Shown: piece by piece, positions 1 to 8,862 of the stretch
How the letters are laid out: each line of letters opens with the position of its first letter
Position numbering within the stretch: position 1 is the first letter of the stretch
Sequence record: LR597645
Reading direction: 5' to 3' (one strand)
DNA length: 43,664 bases
From: Escherichia phage Fraca
Made by a program: the position numbers and the translations under genes
The notes under the pieces: model-generated
Databases searched by the model: none
What the model was told of the DNA's origin: nothing
The model's input: the letters and a program-made list of their open reading frames with translations, nothing else

Positions 1-127
1 GGCGCGCGCCAGGTGGACACGTTCATGCGGATTTTAAATTCTGGCTGCCGGAGGGACGCCTTGAGAAGTGTTCACGCCAGATGGCAGAGCTCTATCGTAA
101 GTGGGCCGAGATGGACAAGCTGATCCT
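1..127. repeat. Exact duplicate of 1843-1969 (internal to the large terminase gene) placed at the contig start; likely assembly or circularisation artifact
   Basis: Base-by-base identity of 1-127 with 1843-1969; junction at 125-127 shares CCT microhomology with 43602-43604. Confidence 0.85.
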
Positions 128-187
128 CTTTTCACATCGCCGCAGGTTAGAAAACTTTTTTTAGGGGTCCCCCACTCGATGATTAAT
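125..187. repeat. Exact copy of the window end (43602-43664); terminal redundancy showing the sequence is circularly closed
   Basis: Identity of 125-187 with 43602-43664, including the 7-T tract and AGGGGTCCCCCACTCGATGATTAAT. Confidence 0.85.
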
Positions 188-201
188 AGGAGTTTTCTAT
201 T

Positions 202-675
202 ATGTCTGGACCACCGAAAACCCCGACCCATCTACGTTTGGTGAGGGGTAACCCATCAAAACGCCCGATTAATGAAAACGAACCTAAGCCAGCTGCAGGG
301 GTACCCCCAACGCCGAAGCATTTCGACAAGCAGGGGAAGTACTGGTTTAAACGGATGGCCGACGAGCTCGATGCTATCGGTGTGATGTCTCAACTGGACG
401 CCAGAGCCCTTGAGCTGCTGGTTGAGGCTTATACCGAATACCGGCACCACTGCGACACGCTTGAAATTGAGGGGTACACCTACCGGACCGAAACACAGAG
501 CGGGGATGTGATGATCAAAGCTCACCCGGCAGCCATCATGAAAGCTGATGTCTGGAAACGCCTTCGCGCCATGCTCGGAGAGTTCGGGATGACACCAGCC
601 AGCCGCTCGAAAGTGAATGCAAAAGGTCCTGATGCGGTTGACCCGCTGGCCGAGTTTATGAAAGCGAGGGATTAA
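202..675 (+). CDS. Terminase small subunit (P27-family-like)
   Basis: 157 aa ORF with AGGAG RBS at 189-193; immediately upstream of and overlapping the large terminase; basic N-terminus typical of terS. Confidence 0.75.
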   Translation: MSGPPKTPTHLRLVRGNPSKRPINENEPKPAAGVPPTPKHFDKQGKYWFKRMADELDAIGVMSQLDARALELLVEAYTEYRHHCDTLEIEGYTYRTETQSGDVMIKAHPAAIMKADVWKRLRAMLGEFGMTPASRSKVNAKGPDAVDPLAEFMKARD

Positions 676-2411
676 TGGCTAAGGTTGCAGAAGGCATCCG
701 CTACGCCGAGAGGGTGGTGGCGGGGGAAATAATTGCCTGTGAGTATGTGCGCCTTGCCTGCCAGCGTTTTCTTGACGATCTGGCACACGGCGAAGAGCGC
801 GGTATTTTCTTCAGTGAGCCACGCGCGCAGCACATTCTGAATTTCTATAATTTTGTTCCTCACGTAAAGGGCGCGCTGGCAGGCCAGCCTATTGAGCTGA
901 TGGACTGGCATGTTTTCATCCTGATTAATATTTTTGGTTTTGTTATCCCGCTGGTTAACGAAGAGACGGGGGAAACCGTTCTGCGTAACGACGGCAGCGG
1001 TCGGCCGGTGATGGTTCGGCGTTTCCGTACAGCAGATGTTGAGGTGGCCCGTAAAAATGCCAAATCAACACTTTGCTCCGGCGTTGGGCTCTATATGGCT
1101 GGCGCTGACGGCGAGGGTGGTGCGGATGTTTATTCCGCTGCAACCACCCATGACCAGGCGCGAATTGTTTTTGAAGACGCAAAAAATATGGTCAAGAAGG
1201 CGAAAGCCACTCTTGGGCGGATCTTCGAATTCAACAAGCTCGCTATCTACCAGGAGCAAACGGCCTCCAAATTCGAGCCTTTATCATCAGATGCGAACAA
1301 CCTGGACGGCCTGAACATTCATTGCGCCATCGTCGACGAGCTGCATGCTCATAAAACCCGTGACGTCTGGGACGTTCTTGAGACGGCCACCGGCGCGCGC
1401 CTGCAATCGCTGCTTTTCGGTATCACCACCGCCGGCTTCAACAAAGAAGGTATCTGTTACGAGCTGCGTGATTACGCCATCAAGGTCCTGCGTGGTCTGG
1501 TAAAAGACGATACGTTTTTTGCCATCATCTACACGTTAGACGAAGGTGACGATCCCTTTGATGAAAAAGTCTGGCAGAAGGCGAATCCGGGGCTGGGTAT
1601 CTGTAAGCGCTGGGATGACCTGCGCCGCCTGGCTAAAAAGGCGAAAGAGCAGGTTTCGGCCAGGATTAACTTTTTCACCAAGCACATGAATATCTGGGTT
1701 ACCGCTGAGTCGGCCTGGATGGACATGATGAAATGGGAAAAATGCGAGTGTATCGCCCCGCAGCACGAACTTAAAACCTATCCCTCCTGGGTGGGCGTTG
1801 ACCTTTCAAACAAAATTGATATCTGTGCAGCCGCTAAAGTCTGGCGCGCGCCAGGTGGACACGTTCATGCGGATTTTAAATTCTGGCTGCCGGAGGGACG
1901 CCTTGAGAAGTGTTCACGCCAGATGGCAGAGCTCTATCGTAAGTGGGCCGAGATGGACAAGCTGATCCTTACCGACGGGGATGTAATCGACCATGCTCAG
2001 ATTAAGGAAGAGCTGCAGGTGTGGGTTGCTGGCGAGAGTCTGAAAGAAATTGGCTTCGACCCGTGGAGTGCGACGCAGTTCAGCCTTGCGCTGGCAGAAG
2101 AAGGGCTGCCGCTGGTGGAAGTGCCGCAGACGGTTCGCAATTTCTCTGAGGCGATGAAAGAGGTCGAAGCACTGGTATACGGTGGCCGCTTCCATCACAG
2201 CGATCACCCGGTAATGAACTGGATGATGTCCAACGTAACCGTCAAACCTGACCGGAACGAGAACATTTTCCCGAACAAGTCCACACCAGAGGCCAAGATT
2301 GATGGCCCGGCGGCATTGTTCACAGCAATGAGCCGCGTTCTGGTTAACGGTGGCAACGACCAGCAGGATCTCTCCGGATTCTTCAATAATCCCATCATGG
2401 TAGGTTTCTGA
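675..2411 (+). CDS. Terminase large subunit
   Basis: 578 aa; ATG overlaps terS stop; size and position upstream of portal; terminase ATPase/nuclease-like sequence. Confidence 0.85.
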   Translation: MAKVAEGIRYAERVVAGEIIACEYVRLACQRFLDDLAHGEERGIFFSEPRAQHILNFYNFVPHVKGALAGQPIELMDWHVFILINIFGFVIPLVNEETGETVLRNDGSGRPVMVRRFRTADVEVARKNAKSTLCSGVGLYMAGADGEGGADVYSAATTHDQARIVFEDAKNMVKKAKATLGRIFEFNKLAIYQEQTASKFEPLSSDANNLDGLNIHCAIVDELHAHKTRDVWDVLETATGARLQSLLFGITTAGFNKEGICYELRDYAIKVLRGLVKDDTFFAIIYTLDEGDDPFDEKVWQKANPGLGICKRWDDLRRLAKKAKEQVSARINFFTKHMNIWVTAESAWMDMMKWEKCECIAPQHELKTYPSWVGVDLSNKIDICAAAKVWRAPGGHVHADFKFWLPEGRLEKCSRQMAELYRKWAEMDKLILTDGDVIDHAQIKEELQVWVAGESLKEIGFDPWSATQFSLALAEEGLPLVEVPQTVRNFSEAMKEVEALVYGGRFHHSDHPVMNWMMSNVTVKPDRNENIFPNKSTPEAKIDGPAALFTAMSRVLVNGGNDQQDLSGFFNNPIMVGF

Positions 2412-3715
2412 TGAAAAAAAACAAACAGCCAGGCAGGGTGAAAAGCGCTCTGCTTAACTGGCTTGGTGTGCCTATCAGCCTGACTACCGGCACGTTCTGG
2501 GAGGAATGGTTTGGCACCAGCAGCAGCGGAAAGGTGGTCACGGCCGATAAAGCCATCCAGCTATCGGCTGTGTGGGCATGCGTAAGACTGTTAAGCGAGT
2601 CTATTTCAACCCTTCCGCTGAAAATATACGTTCGACAGCCTGACGGTTCGCGTAAAGCGGCAACCGATCATCCGGCCTATTCGATACTGTGCCGCCGACC
2701 CAATTCAGAAATGACACCATCACGCTTTATGTTGATGGTGGTCGCCAGTATTTGCCTGCGCGGGAACGCCTTCATTGAGAAGAAATTCATCGCAAACCGC
2801 CTGGTTTCGCTGGTGCCTTTGCTGCCGCAGAACATGGTGGTTAAACGCCTCACTACCGGTGCGCTGGAATACAAATACACTGAAAACGGAAACGAGCGCG
2901 TCATTCCGGTCAAAAACATCATGCACATTCGCGGGTTCGGCCTGGACGGTGTTTGCGGCATGATGCCGATGAAGACTGGCCGGGATGTGATCGGTTCAGC
3001 AATGGCCGTTGAAGAGTCCGCGGCGAAGATATTCGAGCAGGGTCTGCAGAGCTCAGGTTTTCTCTCCGCTGATAATGCGCTGACAGACGATCAACGTGAA
3101 AGACTTCGTGGCTATATGGCATCATTCACCGGCTCCAAAAACGCCGGAAAAATTATGGTTCTTGAAGGTGGCCTGAAATATCAGGGCGTGACCATGAACC
3201 CGGAAGATGCTCAGATGCTCGAAAGCCGCGCATTTAGCATTGAGGAAATCTGCCGATGGTTTCGCGTGCCGCCTTTCATGGTTGGTCACATCACGAAACA
3301 AAGCAGCTGGGCATCAAGCCTGGAAGGTATGAACCTGCAGTTCCTGACTCATACACTTCGACCGCTGCTGGTGAATATTGAGCAGGAAATTGGCCGGTGC
3401 TTACTCGACAGCGATGACGAAGTGTTTGCAGAATTCTCTGTTGAAGGTCTACTGCGAGCCGATAGTGCAGGTCGCGCGGCATACTATACCAGCGCGCTTC
3501 AAAATGGCTGGATGTCCCGTAATGACGTTCGTCGTCTTGAGAACATGCCGCCAATTGAAGGGGGCGATATTTACACCGTTCAGCTCAACCTGACGCAACT
3601 GAAAAATCTCGAAAGCAGCAACCCTGCTGTTCAGGCACTGGCCCTGCGAGAGCTGCATAACCACGTATTCCCCGATATTTACTTTGAACAATCTCCGCTG
3701 AAACAGGCCGCTTAG
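2411..3715 (+). CDS. Portal protein (HK97 family)
   Basis: 434 aa; start overlaps terL stop (ATGA); canonical terL-portal-protease-capsid order. Confidence 0.85.
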   Translation: MKKNKQPGRVKSALLNWLGVPISLTTGTFWEEWFGTSSSGKVVTADKAIQLSAVWACVRLLSESISTLPLKIYVRQPDGSRKAATDHPAYSILCRRPNSEMTPSRFMLMVVASICLRGNAFIEKKFIANRLVSLVPLLPQNMVVKRLTTGALEYKYTENGNERVIPVKNIMHIRGFGLDGVCGMMPMKTGRDVIGSAMAVEESAAKIFEQGLQSSGFLSADNALTDDQRERLRGYMASFTGSKNAGKIMVLEGGLKYQGVTMNPEDAQMLESRAFSIEEICRWFRVPPFMVGHITKQSSWASSLEGMNLQFLTHTLRPLLVNIEQEIGRCLLDSDDEVFAEFSVEGLLRADSAGRAAYYTSALQNGWMSRNDVRRLENMPPIEGGDIYTVQLNLTQLKNLESSNPAVQALALRELHNHVFPDIYFEQSPLKQAA

Positions 3716-3728
3716 GAGCACTTTCCTG

Positions 3729-4577
3729 ATGAGCAAAAAACAACTTCCGGTAGCACCGGCGGGTCGCCCCTGCGCGCGCGTTACCTGTGAAACATTACCG
3801 TCCGCACTGGACCGCTGGGACGGCGGGATCAAAGCGGCGGCCACCGACGATAACAGTATTTCTGTTTTTGATGTTATCGGGCAGGACTACTGGGGCGAAG
3901 GGGTAACAGCTAAACGTATTGCTGGTGCGCTTCGGGCTATGAACGGCGCCGACGTCACGGTGAATATCAACTCACCGGGCGGCGACATGTTCGAAGGTCT
4001 GGCTATTTATAACCTGCTCCGCGAATACGAAGGCCGTGTCACGGTGAAGGTGCTCGGTATTGCCGCCAGCGCCGCCTCGGTCATTGCGATGGCCGGGGAT
4101 GATATTCAGATCGGTCGTGGTGCCTTCCTGATGATCCACAACTGCTGGGTCTACGCGATGGGTAACCGCCATGATTTTGCTGAACTGGCACAGTCACTGG
4201 AACCCTTCGATACCGCTATGGCTGATATCTACGCGGCGCGCTCCGGCCTTGATATGGTAGCCGTTCAGAAACTGATGGACGCCGAGAGTTATATCGGTGG
4301 CAGTGACGCTGTGGCGAAGGGACTGGCAGACAGCCTGCTTTCTGCTGATGCGGTCAGCGACGGCGACGAATCGCCTGCAGCCGCGCTTCGCAAACTTGAT
4401 GCATTGCTGGCTAAAACCAACACCCCGCGCTCTGAGCGCAGAAAACTCATTAAAGCCGTATCCGGTGGCATGCCTGGCGCTGTCACCACCCACGACGGTA
4501 CGCCGGGCGCTGCCGAAGATATCAAACCTGAAACCCTCAATTCACTTGAAAGCGCTCTTGCGGCGTTAGTCAAATAA
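3729..4577 (+). CDS. Prohead maturation protease (ClpP/S14-like)
   Basis: 282 aa with ClpP-like motifs NSPGGDMFEGLAIYN and GIAASAASVIAMAGD; between portal and capsid. Confidence 0.85.
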   Translation: MSKKQLPVAPAGRPCARVTCETLPSALDRWDGGIKAAATDDNSISVFDVIGQDYWGEGVTAKRIAGALRAMNGADVTVNINSPGGDMFEGLAIYNLLREYEGRVTVKVLGIAASAASVIAMAGDDIQIGRGAFLMIHNCWVYAMGNRHDFAELAQSLEPFDTAMADIYAARSGLDMVAVQKLMDAESYIGGSDAVAKGLADSLLSADAVSDGDESPAAALRKLDALLAKTNTPRSERRKLIKAVSGGMPGAVTTHDGTPGAAEDIKPETLNSLESALAALVK

Positions 4578-4586
4578 GGACCCTTT

Positions 4587-5807
4587 ATGTCTGAAGTAAA
4601 CGAAATTCTGAAAAAAGTCACTGCCAGCATTGAAGAGGCAACCGGCAAATTCAACGCGAAAGCAGAAGACGCACTCAAAGAGGCGCAGAAGTCAGGCAGG
4701 CTGTCAGAAGAAACAAAAGCTGCCGTTGATAAAATGGCTTCTGAGTTCAATGCGCTGCGTGAAGCTGAAAAAACCCTGAAGGCCGCAATGGGCGAACTGG
4801 AGCAACATGTTGCCCAGATGCCGCTGGCCAACGCTGCAAAGGTGATCGAGACCGTTGGCCAGACCGTCATCAGCAGCGAAGCACTGAAAGCATTCGCGGC
4901 AAGCGTGGAAGGCGGTAAGCGCGTCAGCGTACCGGTGAACGCCGCGCTTATTTCCACGGATGTCGTCACCGGCGTGGTTGAACCGCAGCGTCTGCCGGGT
5001 ATCGACACCGCACCGAAACAGCGCCTTTTCATCCGCGATCTGATCGCGCCTGGCCGCACCTCAGCACCGGCCATCTTCTGGGTGCAGCAAACCGGCTTCA
5101 CCAATGCGGCGAAAGTTGTGCCGGAAGGCACCGCCAAGCCGTACAGCGATATCCAGTTCGCCACGCAGATCACGCCGGTCACCACCATCGCGCACATGTT
5201 CAAGGCGTCCAAACAGATTCTGGATGACTTCGCGCAGCTGCAGTCCACTATCGACGCCGAGATGCGTTACGGACTGAAGTATGTGGAAGAACAGGAAATT
5301 CTCTTTGGCGACGGTACCGGTGCGCACCTGAAAGGCATCGTGCCGCAGGCCTCGGCGTACGATGCTGCGTTCGCCGTAGAACAACAGAACGGCATCGACG
5401 ATCTGCGCCTCGCAATGCTGCAGGCTCAGCTGGCACGCTTCCCGGCTTCCGGCCACGTCCTGCACTTCATCGACTGGGCGAAGATTGAACTCACCAAAGA
5501 CACGCTGGGCCGCTATATCCTGGCGAACCCAGCGGCCCTGACTGGTCCTACCCTTTGGGGCCTGCCGGTGGTAGCAACCGAAGCCGCAGCATTCCAGGGC
5601 AAGTTCCTGACCGGTGCATTCAACGCTGCGGCACAGCTGTTTGACCGTGAAGACGCCAACGTGGTGATCTCCACTGAGAACGCCGACGACTTTGAGAAAA
5701 ACATGATCTCGATTCGCTGCGAAGAGCGTCTGGCCCTGGCGGTGAAACGCCCTGAAGCGTTCATCTACGGCTCCTTCACTGCGCCTGCAGCAGGTGGCGG
5801 CGCGTAA
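4587..5807 (+). CDS. Major capsid protein (HK97-like fold)
   Basis: 406 aa following the protease; AAGGA RBS; N-terminal coiled-coil delta-like region typical of HK97-type capsid precursors. Confidence 0.8.
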   Translation: MSEVNEILKKVTASIEEATGKFNAKAEDALKEAQKSGRLSEETKAAVDKMASEFNALREAEKTLKAAMGELEQHVAQMPLANAAKVIETVGQTVISSEALKAFAASVEGGKRVSVPVNAALISTDVVTGVVEPQRLPGIDTAPKQRLFIRDLIAPGRTSAPAIFWVQQTGFTNAAKVVPEGTAKPYSDIQFATQITPVTTIAHMFKASKQILDDFAQLQSTIDAEMRYGLKYVEEQEILFGDGTGAHLKGIVPQASAYDAAFAVEQQNGIDDLRLAMLQAQLARFPASGHVLHFIDWAKIELTKDTLGRYILANPAALTGPTLWGLPVVATEAAAFQGKFLTGAFNAAAQLFDREDANVVISTENADDFEKNMISIRCEERLALAVKRPEAFIYGSFTAPAAGGGA

Positions 5808-5848
5808 TCCTTAACGGCGGCCTGCGGGCCGCTTTCACAGGTGGGAAA

Positions 5849-6097
5849 ATGAAACTGATCGCACTCAAACCGATTTATTTCGGCGGTACCGTCGTTACTG
5901 AAGGGCTTCCGCTGGAAACTCTGGAACAGCACGGGCGCGAGCTCATCAAGAAAGGTTATGCGAAGCTCGAAGAATCAGAAAATCCTGCAAAGCAGGAACA
6001 GCAGCAGGAACAGCAGCAGGAACAGCAGCAGGAACAGCAGCAGGAACAGCAGCAGGAACAGCCGGAATTAAAAGCGGAAAAGAAGGCGAAAAAATAA
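5849..6097 (+). CDS. Small head-region protein with EQQQ tandem-repeat tract
   Basis: 82 aa ORF between capsid and connector genes; contains (EQQQ)x5 encoded by a 12-bp tandem repeat. Confidence 0.55.
   Translation: MKLIALKPIYFGGTVVTEGLPLETLEQHGRELIKKGYAKLEESENPAKQEQQQEQQQEQQQEQQQEQQQEQPELKAEKKAKK
5993..6060 (+). repeat. Tandem repeat, 12-bp unit GAACAGCAGCAG x about 5.5
   Basis: Direct reading of 5992-6066. Confidence 0.9.
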
Positions 6098-6423
6098 TGG
6101 TCGATCTTGATGTGGTGAAACAGCACTGCCGCATTGATACCGATTTTTCCGGAGACGATGCCCTGCTGACTTTATACACCGGTGCGGCGGCGCGTTACGT
6201 CCAGACATGGACAAGGCGAACGCTCTATGAAAACCAGAGCTCCCCTGGCTACGCAGATGACCCGGACCCGATTCTACTGAATGATGATGTTAAAGCGGCC
6301 ATGTTATTGCTGATAGGTCACTGGTATGCCAACAGAGAATCAGTTTCCGTCGGTCAGACTGTTGCAGAGGTCCCGTTTGCAGTTGAAGCCTTGCTGCAGC
6401 CATACCGAATTTACGGGGTATAG
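6097..6423 (+). CDS. Head-tail connector / DNA packaging protein (gp6-like)
   Basis: 108 aa; start overlaps upstream stop; position and sequence typical of phage gp6-like head-tail connector. Confidence 0.7.
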   Translation: MVDLDVVKQHCRIDTDFSGDDALLTLYTGAAARYVQTWTRRTLYENQSSPGYADDPDPILLNDDVKAAMLLLIGHWYANRESVSVGQTVAEVPFAVEALLQPYRIYGV

Positions 6424-6432
6424 GAGGACTTT

Positions 6433-6771
6433 ATGCAGGCCGGAAGACTGAGAGACAGGGTGGTGGTTCAGAACCTCACAACATCCAGAGATCCTTCTGG
6501 CCAGCCTGTTGAAGCATGGCATGACGGCGCAGAAACCTGGGCAGAAGTAAAGGGCATTAGTGGGCGCGAGTTGGTAGCCGCTGGTGCTGAAACCGCAGTC
6601 GCCACTATCAGGGTATGGACACGATTTCGTAGCGATATAACTGCTGCGTCCAGACTCAGGGTTATGACTGGCGCGTTCAAGGGGGCCATTTTGAATATCA
6701 TTGGTCCGCCAATCCCTGACTCTCGCGGTATTCAGCTCGAAATTCTTTGCAAACAGGGTACCGAAAAATGA
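6433..6771 (+). CDS. Head closure / head-tail adaptor protein
   Basis: 112 aa; AGGAGG RBS at 6422-6427; position after connector. Confidence 0.7.
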   Translation: MQAGRLRDRVVVQNLTTSRDPSGQPVEAWHDGAETWAEVKGISGRELVAAGAETAVATIRVWTRFRSDITAASRLRVMTGAFKGAILNIIGPPIPDSRGIQLEILCKQGTEK

Positions 6772-7217
6772 TTGAGACGAGCCTTGATTTTTCCGGGCTG
6801 AATGACATCGCAAAGGATCTGGAAGCGCTTAGCCGCGCTGAAAACAACAAGGTTCTGCGTGATGCCACGCGAGCCGGTGCCGAAGTGCTTAAGGAAGAAG
6901 TGATCGCCCGAGCTCCTGTGCGTACCGGGAAACTGAAAAAAAACGTGGTGGTGGTGACCCAAAAAAGCCGACGCCGCGGGGAAATTTCTTCCGGTGTCCA
7001 CATTCGTGGTGTTAACCCGCGCACCGGGAACAGCGATAACACGATGAAGGCGAATAACCCGAGAAACGCCTTTTACTGGCGATTCGTCGAAATGGGTACC
7101 GTTAACATGCCGCCGCACCCTTTCATTCGTCCCGCGTTCGATGTACGCCAGGAGCAGGCGACGGAGGTCGCGATCAGGCGCATGAACCAGGCCATTGACG
7201 AGGCATTAAGCAAATGA
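6768..7217 (+). CDS. HK97 gp10-like tail component
   Basis: ATG at 6768 overlaps upstream stop (ATGA); the track ORF 6747-7217 is trimmed to this start. Confidence 0.65.
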   Translation: MIETSLDFSGLNDIAKDLEALSRAENNKVLRDATRAGAEVLKEEVIARAPVRTGKLKKNVVVVTQKSRRRGEISSGVHIRGVNPRTGNSDNTMKANNPRNAFYWRFVEMGTVNMPPHPFIRPAFDVRQEQATEVAIRRMNQAIDEALSK

Positions 7218-7561
7218 CGGAAGACGATCTCTATCCTCTGCTTGAGTCGCTGGCCGGAGGGCAGGTCTATCCCTATGTTGCCCCACTCGGCAGTGACGGG
7301 AAGCCTTCAGTCTCGCCGCCCTGGGTAATTTTCTCAATTATTACCGACGTGGCCGCAGACGTTCTTTGCGGTCAGGCTGAATCTGCCGTTTCTGTGCAGG
7401 TTGATGTCTATTCCAGCACCATCGCTGAAGCGCGCACGATCAGGAATATGGCGCTTGATGCTCTGCAGGTGCTGAAGCCGGAAAGCATTGTGAAAACGCC
7501 GGGCTATGAGCCTGATCTGCGCTATCACCGGGCGACACTTGAATTTCAGGTAACCGTTTAA
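7214..7561 (+). CDS. Tail terminator / tail completion protein (DUF3168-like)
   Basis: 115 aa; ATGA overlap with upstream gene; directly precedes major tail protein. Confidence 0.65.
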   Translation: MTEDDLYPLLESLAGGQVYPYVAPLGSDGKPSVSPPWVIFSIITDVAADVLCGQAESAVSVQVDVYSSTIAEARTIRNMALDALQVLKPESIVKTPGYEPDLRYHRATLEFQVTV

Positions 7562-7577
7562 CCTTACCCACCATAAC

Positions 7578-7601
7578 AGACCGCTTCGGCGGTCTTTTTT
7601 T
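7578..7601 (+). terminator. Intrinsic terminator hairpin upstream of major tail gene
   Basis: AGACCGCTTCGGCGGTCT stem-loop followed by a T7 tract. Confidence 0.7.
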
Positions 7602-7614
7602 AACTGGAGAAACC

Positions 7615-8085
7615 ATGACCAGTAAGTATGAAGTCACGAAGGGGATGACATTTGCCGTCTCCGACGCACCCGTAACCGCTGATGATTTTAATTCACCAAC
7701 TTTCCCGGGGGCTGGCATTACCTGGCTGGAAGCGGCCTGTGCAACGAAGGAGATCACCTTCACCGGCGGCCAGAAAGGGGATATCGACGTCACCACGCTT
7801 TGTTCAACCGAACAGGAGCAAACCAATGGCCTTGCCGCGCCTGCTGAAATGAGCATTACCCGTAACTGGGTTGGCGATGAAGCAGCACAGGAGGCACTGC
7901 AGACCGCTTACGAAAATGACGAACTGCGCGCGCTGCGCGTGGTATTCCCGTCTGGCAACGGTTTCTACGTGCTGGTGGAGGTACGCCAGAGCTCATGGTC
8001 TGCTGCAACCTCTTCCGTTGTTGGCGCAACCTATTCTCTGCGTGTACGCGGCAAACCTAAACGCATCTACGCGTCTGGTTCCTGA
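7615..8085 (+). CDS. Major tail tube protein
   Basis: 156 aa; position between tail terminator and G/T chaperone; flanked by intrinsic terminators as for highly expressed tail tube genes. Confidence 0.8.
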   Translation: MTSKYEVTKGMTFAVSDAPVTADDFNSPTFPGAGITWLEAACATKEITFTGGQKGDIDVTTLCSTEQEQTNGLAAPAEMSITRNWVGDEAAQEALQTAYENDELRALRVVFPSGNGFYVLVEVRQSSWSAATSSVVGATYSLRVRGKPKRIYASGS

Positions 8086-8107
8086 GCGGCTTCGGCCGCT
8101 TTTTTTA
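8085..8107 (+). terminator. Intrinsic terminator downstream of major tail gene
   Basis: AGCGGCTTCGGCCGCT hairpin followed by a T7 tract. Confidence 0.7.
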
Positions 8108-8139
8108 TCCCTCCGATCATGTAACAAGAGAAAAATGAA

Positions 8140-8541
8140 ATGCAGCAAAAAACATCACAGAATTCATTACGCAACATGGCGCTTACAGCATCGAAAGCCT
8201 ATCGCACCAAAGAAGGTATCACGGTCCCTGAATGGGATGGCGCAAAGGTAACGCTGCGTGAACCCTCTGGCGATGCCTGGGTGAAATTCCGGGAGATCGT
8301 TAATCCCCAGCTCGCCGAGGGCGAAGAGGCACCGACGCTGACGGAGGCGGAAAAGTTTTTGCGTAACAAAGAGGCTGATGTGGTTCTGTTTATTGACGTT
8401 CTGCTTGATGAAAACGGCGAGCGAGTATTCAGCGATGAGGATCAGGAGCAGGTATCTAAAATTTATGGTCCTGTGCACTCCCGCCTGCTGGCTCAGGCCC
8501 TCAACCTCGGCATGAGCCAAGAAGAAGCGGGAAAGCCGTAA
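8140..8541 (+). CDS. G: Tail assembly chaperone (lambda gpG analogue)
   Basis: 133 aa ORF preceding the tape measure gene; ends with a GGGAAAG slippery site. Confidence 0.8.
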   Translation: MQQKTSQNSLRNMALTASKAYRTKEGITVPEWDGAKVTLREPSGDAWVKFREIVNPQLAEGEEAPTLTEAEKFLRNKEADVVLFIDVLLDENGERVFSDEDQEQVSKIYGPVHSRLLAQALNLGMSQEEAGKP

Positions 8542-8828
8542 AGCAGCCGCTGACCTTCTTCCTGATGTCGCTGGCGCTCCGGTTGGGGCGCACTCTCCAC
8601 GAACTGCGCCAGACCATGACAGCCAGCGAGCTCAAAATGTGGATCGAGTTCGACCGCATCAGTCCGATTGGTGACTGGCGCGCCGATGCTCAGGCGGCGC
8701 AGATCTCCGTTGCAATGCTGAACTCTCAGGGCGGGAAATTCACCATTCCTGACGTGATGCTGAAATGGGGTGAGCAGGAAGAAGGCGCTGAAGTCTCTGA
8801 ACTTGAAGAATGGATGTCCAGTCTTTGA
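8140..8828 (+). CDS. Tail assembly chaperone G-T fusion made by programmed -1 frameshift at 8529-8535
   Basis: Slippery heptamer G_GGA_AAG in the zero frame at 8529-8535; the -1 frame matches ORF 8565-8828 (frame congruent 0 mod 3). Confidence 0.75.
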
Positions 8829-8829
8829 T

Positions 8830-8851
8830 GCCCGCGGCTGCGGGCTTTTTT
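8830..8851 (+). terminator. Hairpin plus T-tract immediately upstream of tape measure start
   Basis: GCCCGCGGCTGCGGGC followed by TTTTTT, then ATG at 8863. Confidence 0.6.
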
Positions 8852-8862
8852 ATGGGTGAAAT

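Noticed and set aside
4289-5248. 319-aa minus-strand ORF antisense to the protease and major capsid genes
   Set aside because: Ala/Ser-rich low-complexity translation typical of a shadow ORF opposite GC-rich coding sequence; the plus-strand genes carry clear motifs and coupling
5993-6060. Tandem repeat as a possible CRISPR-like array
   Set aside because: Units are 12 bp, directly adjacent without spacers, and lie in frame inside a coding sequence
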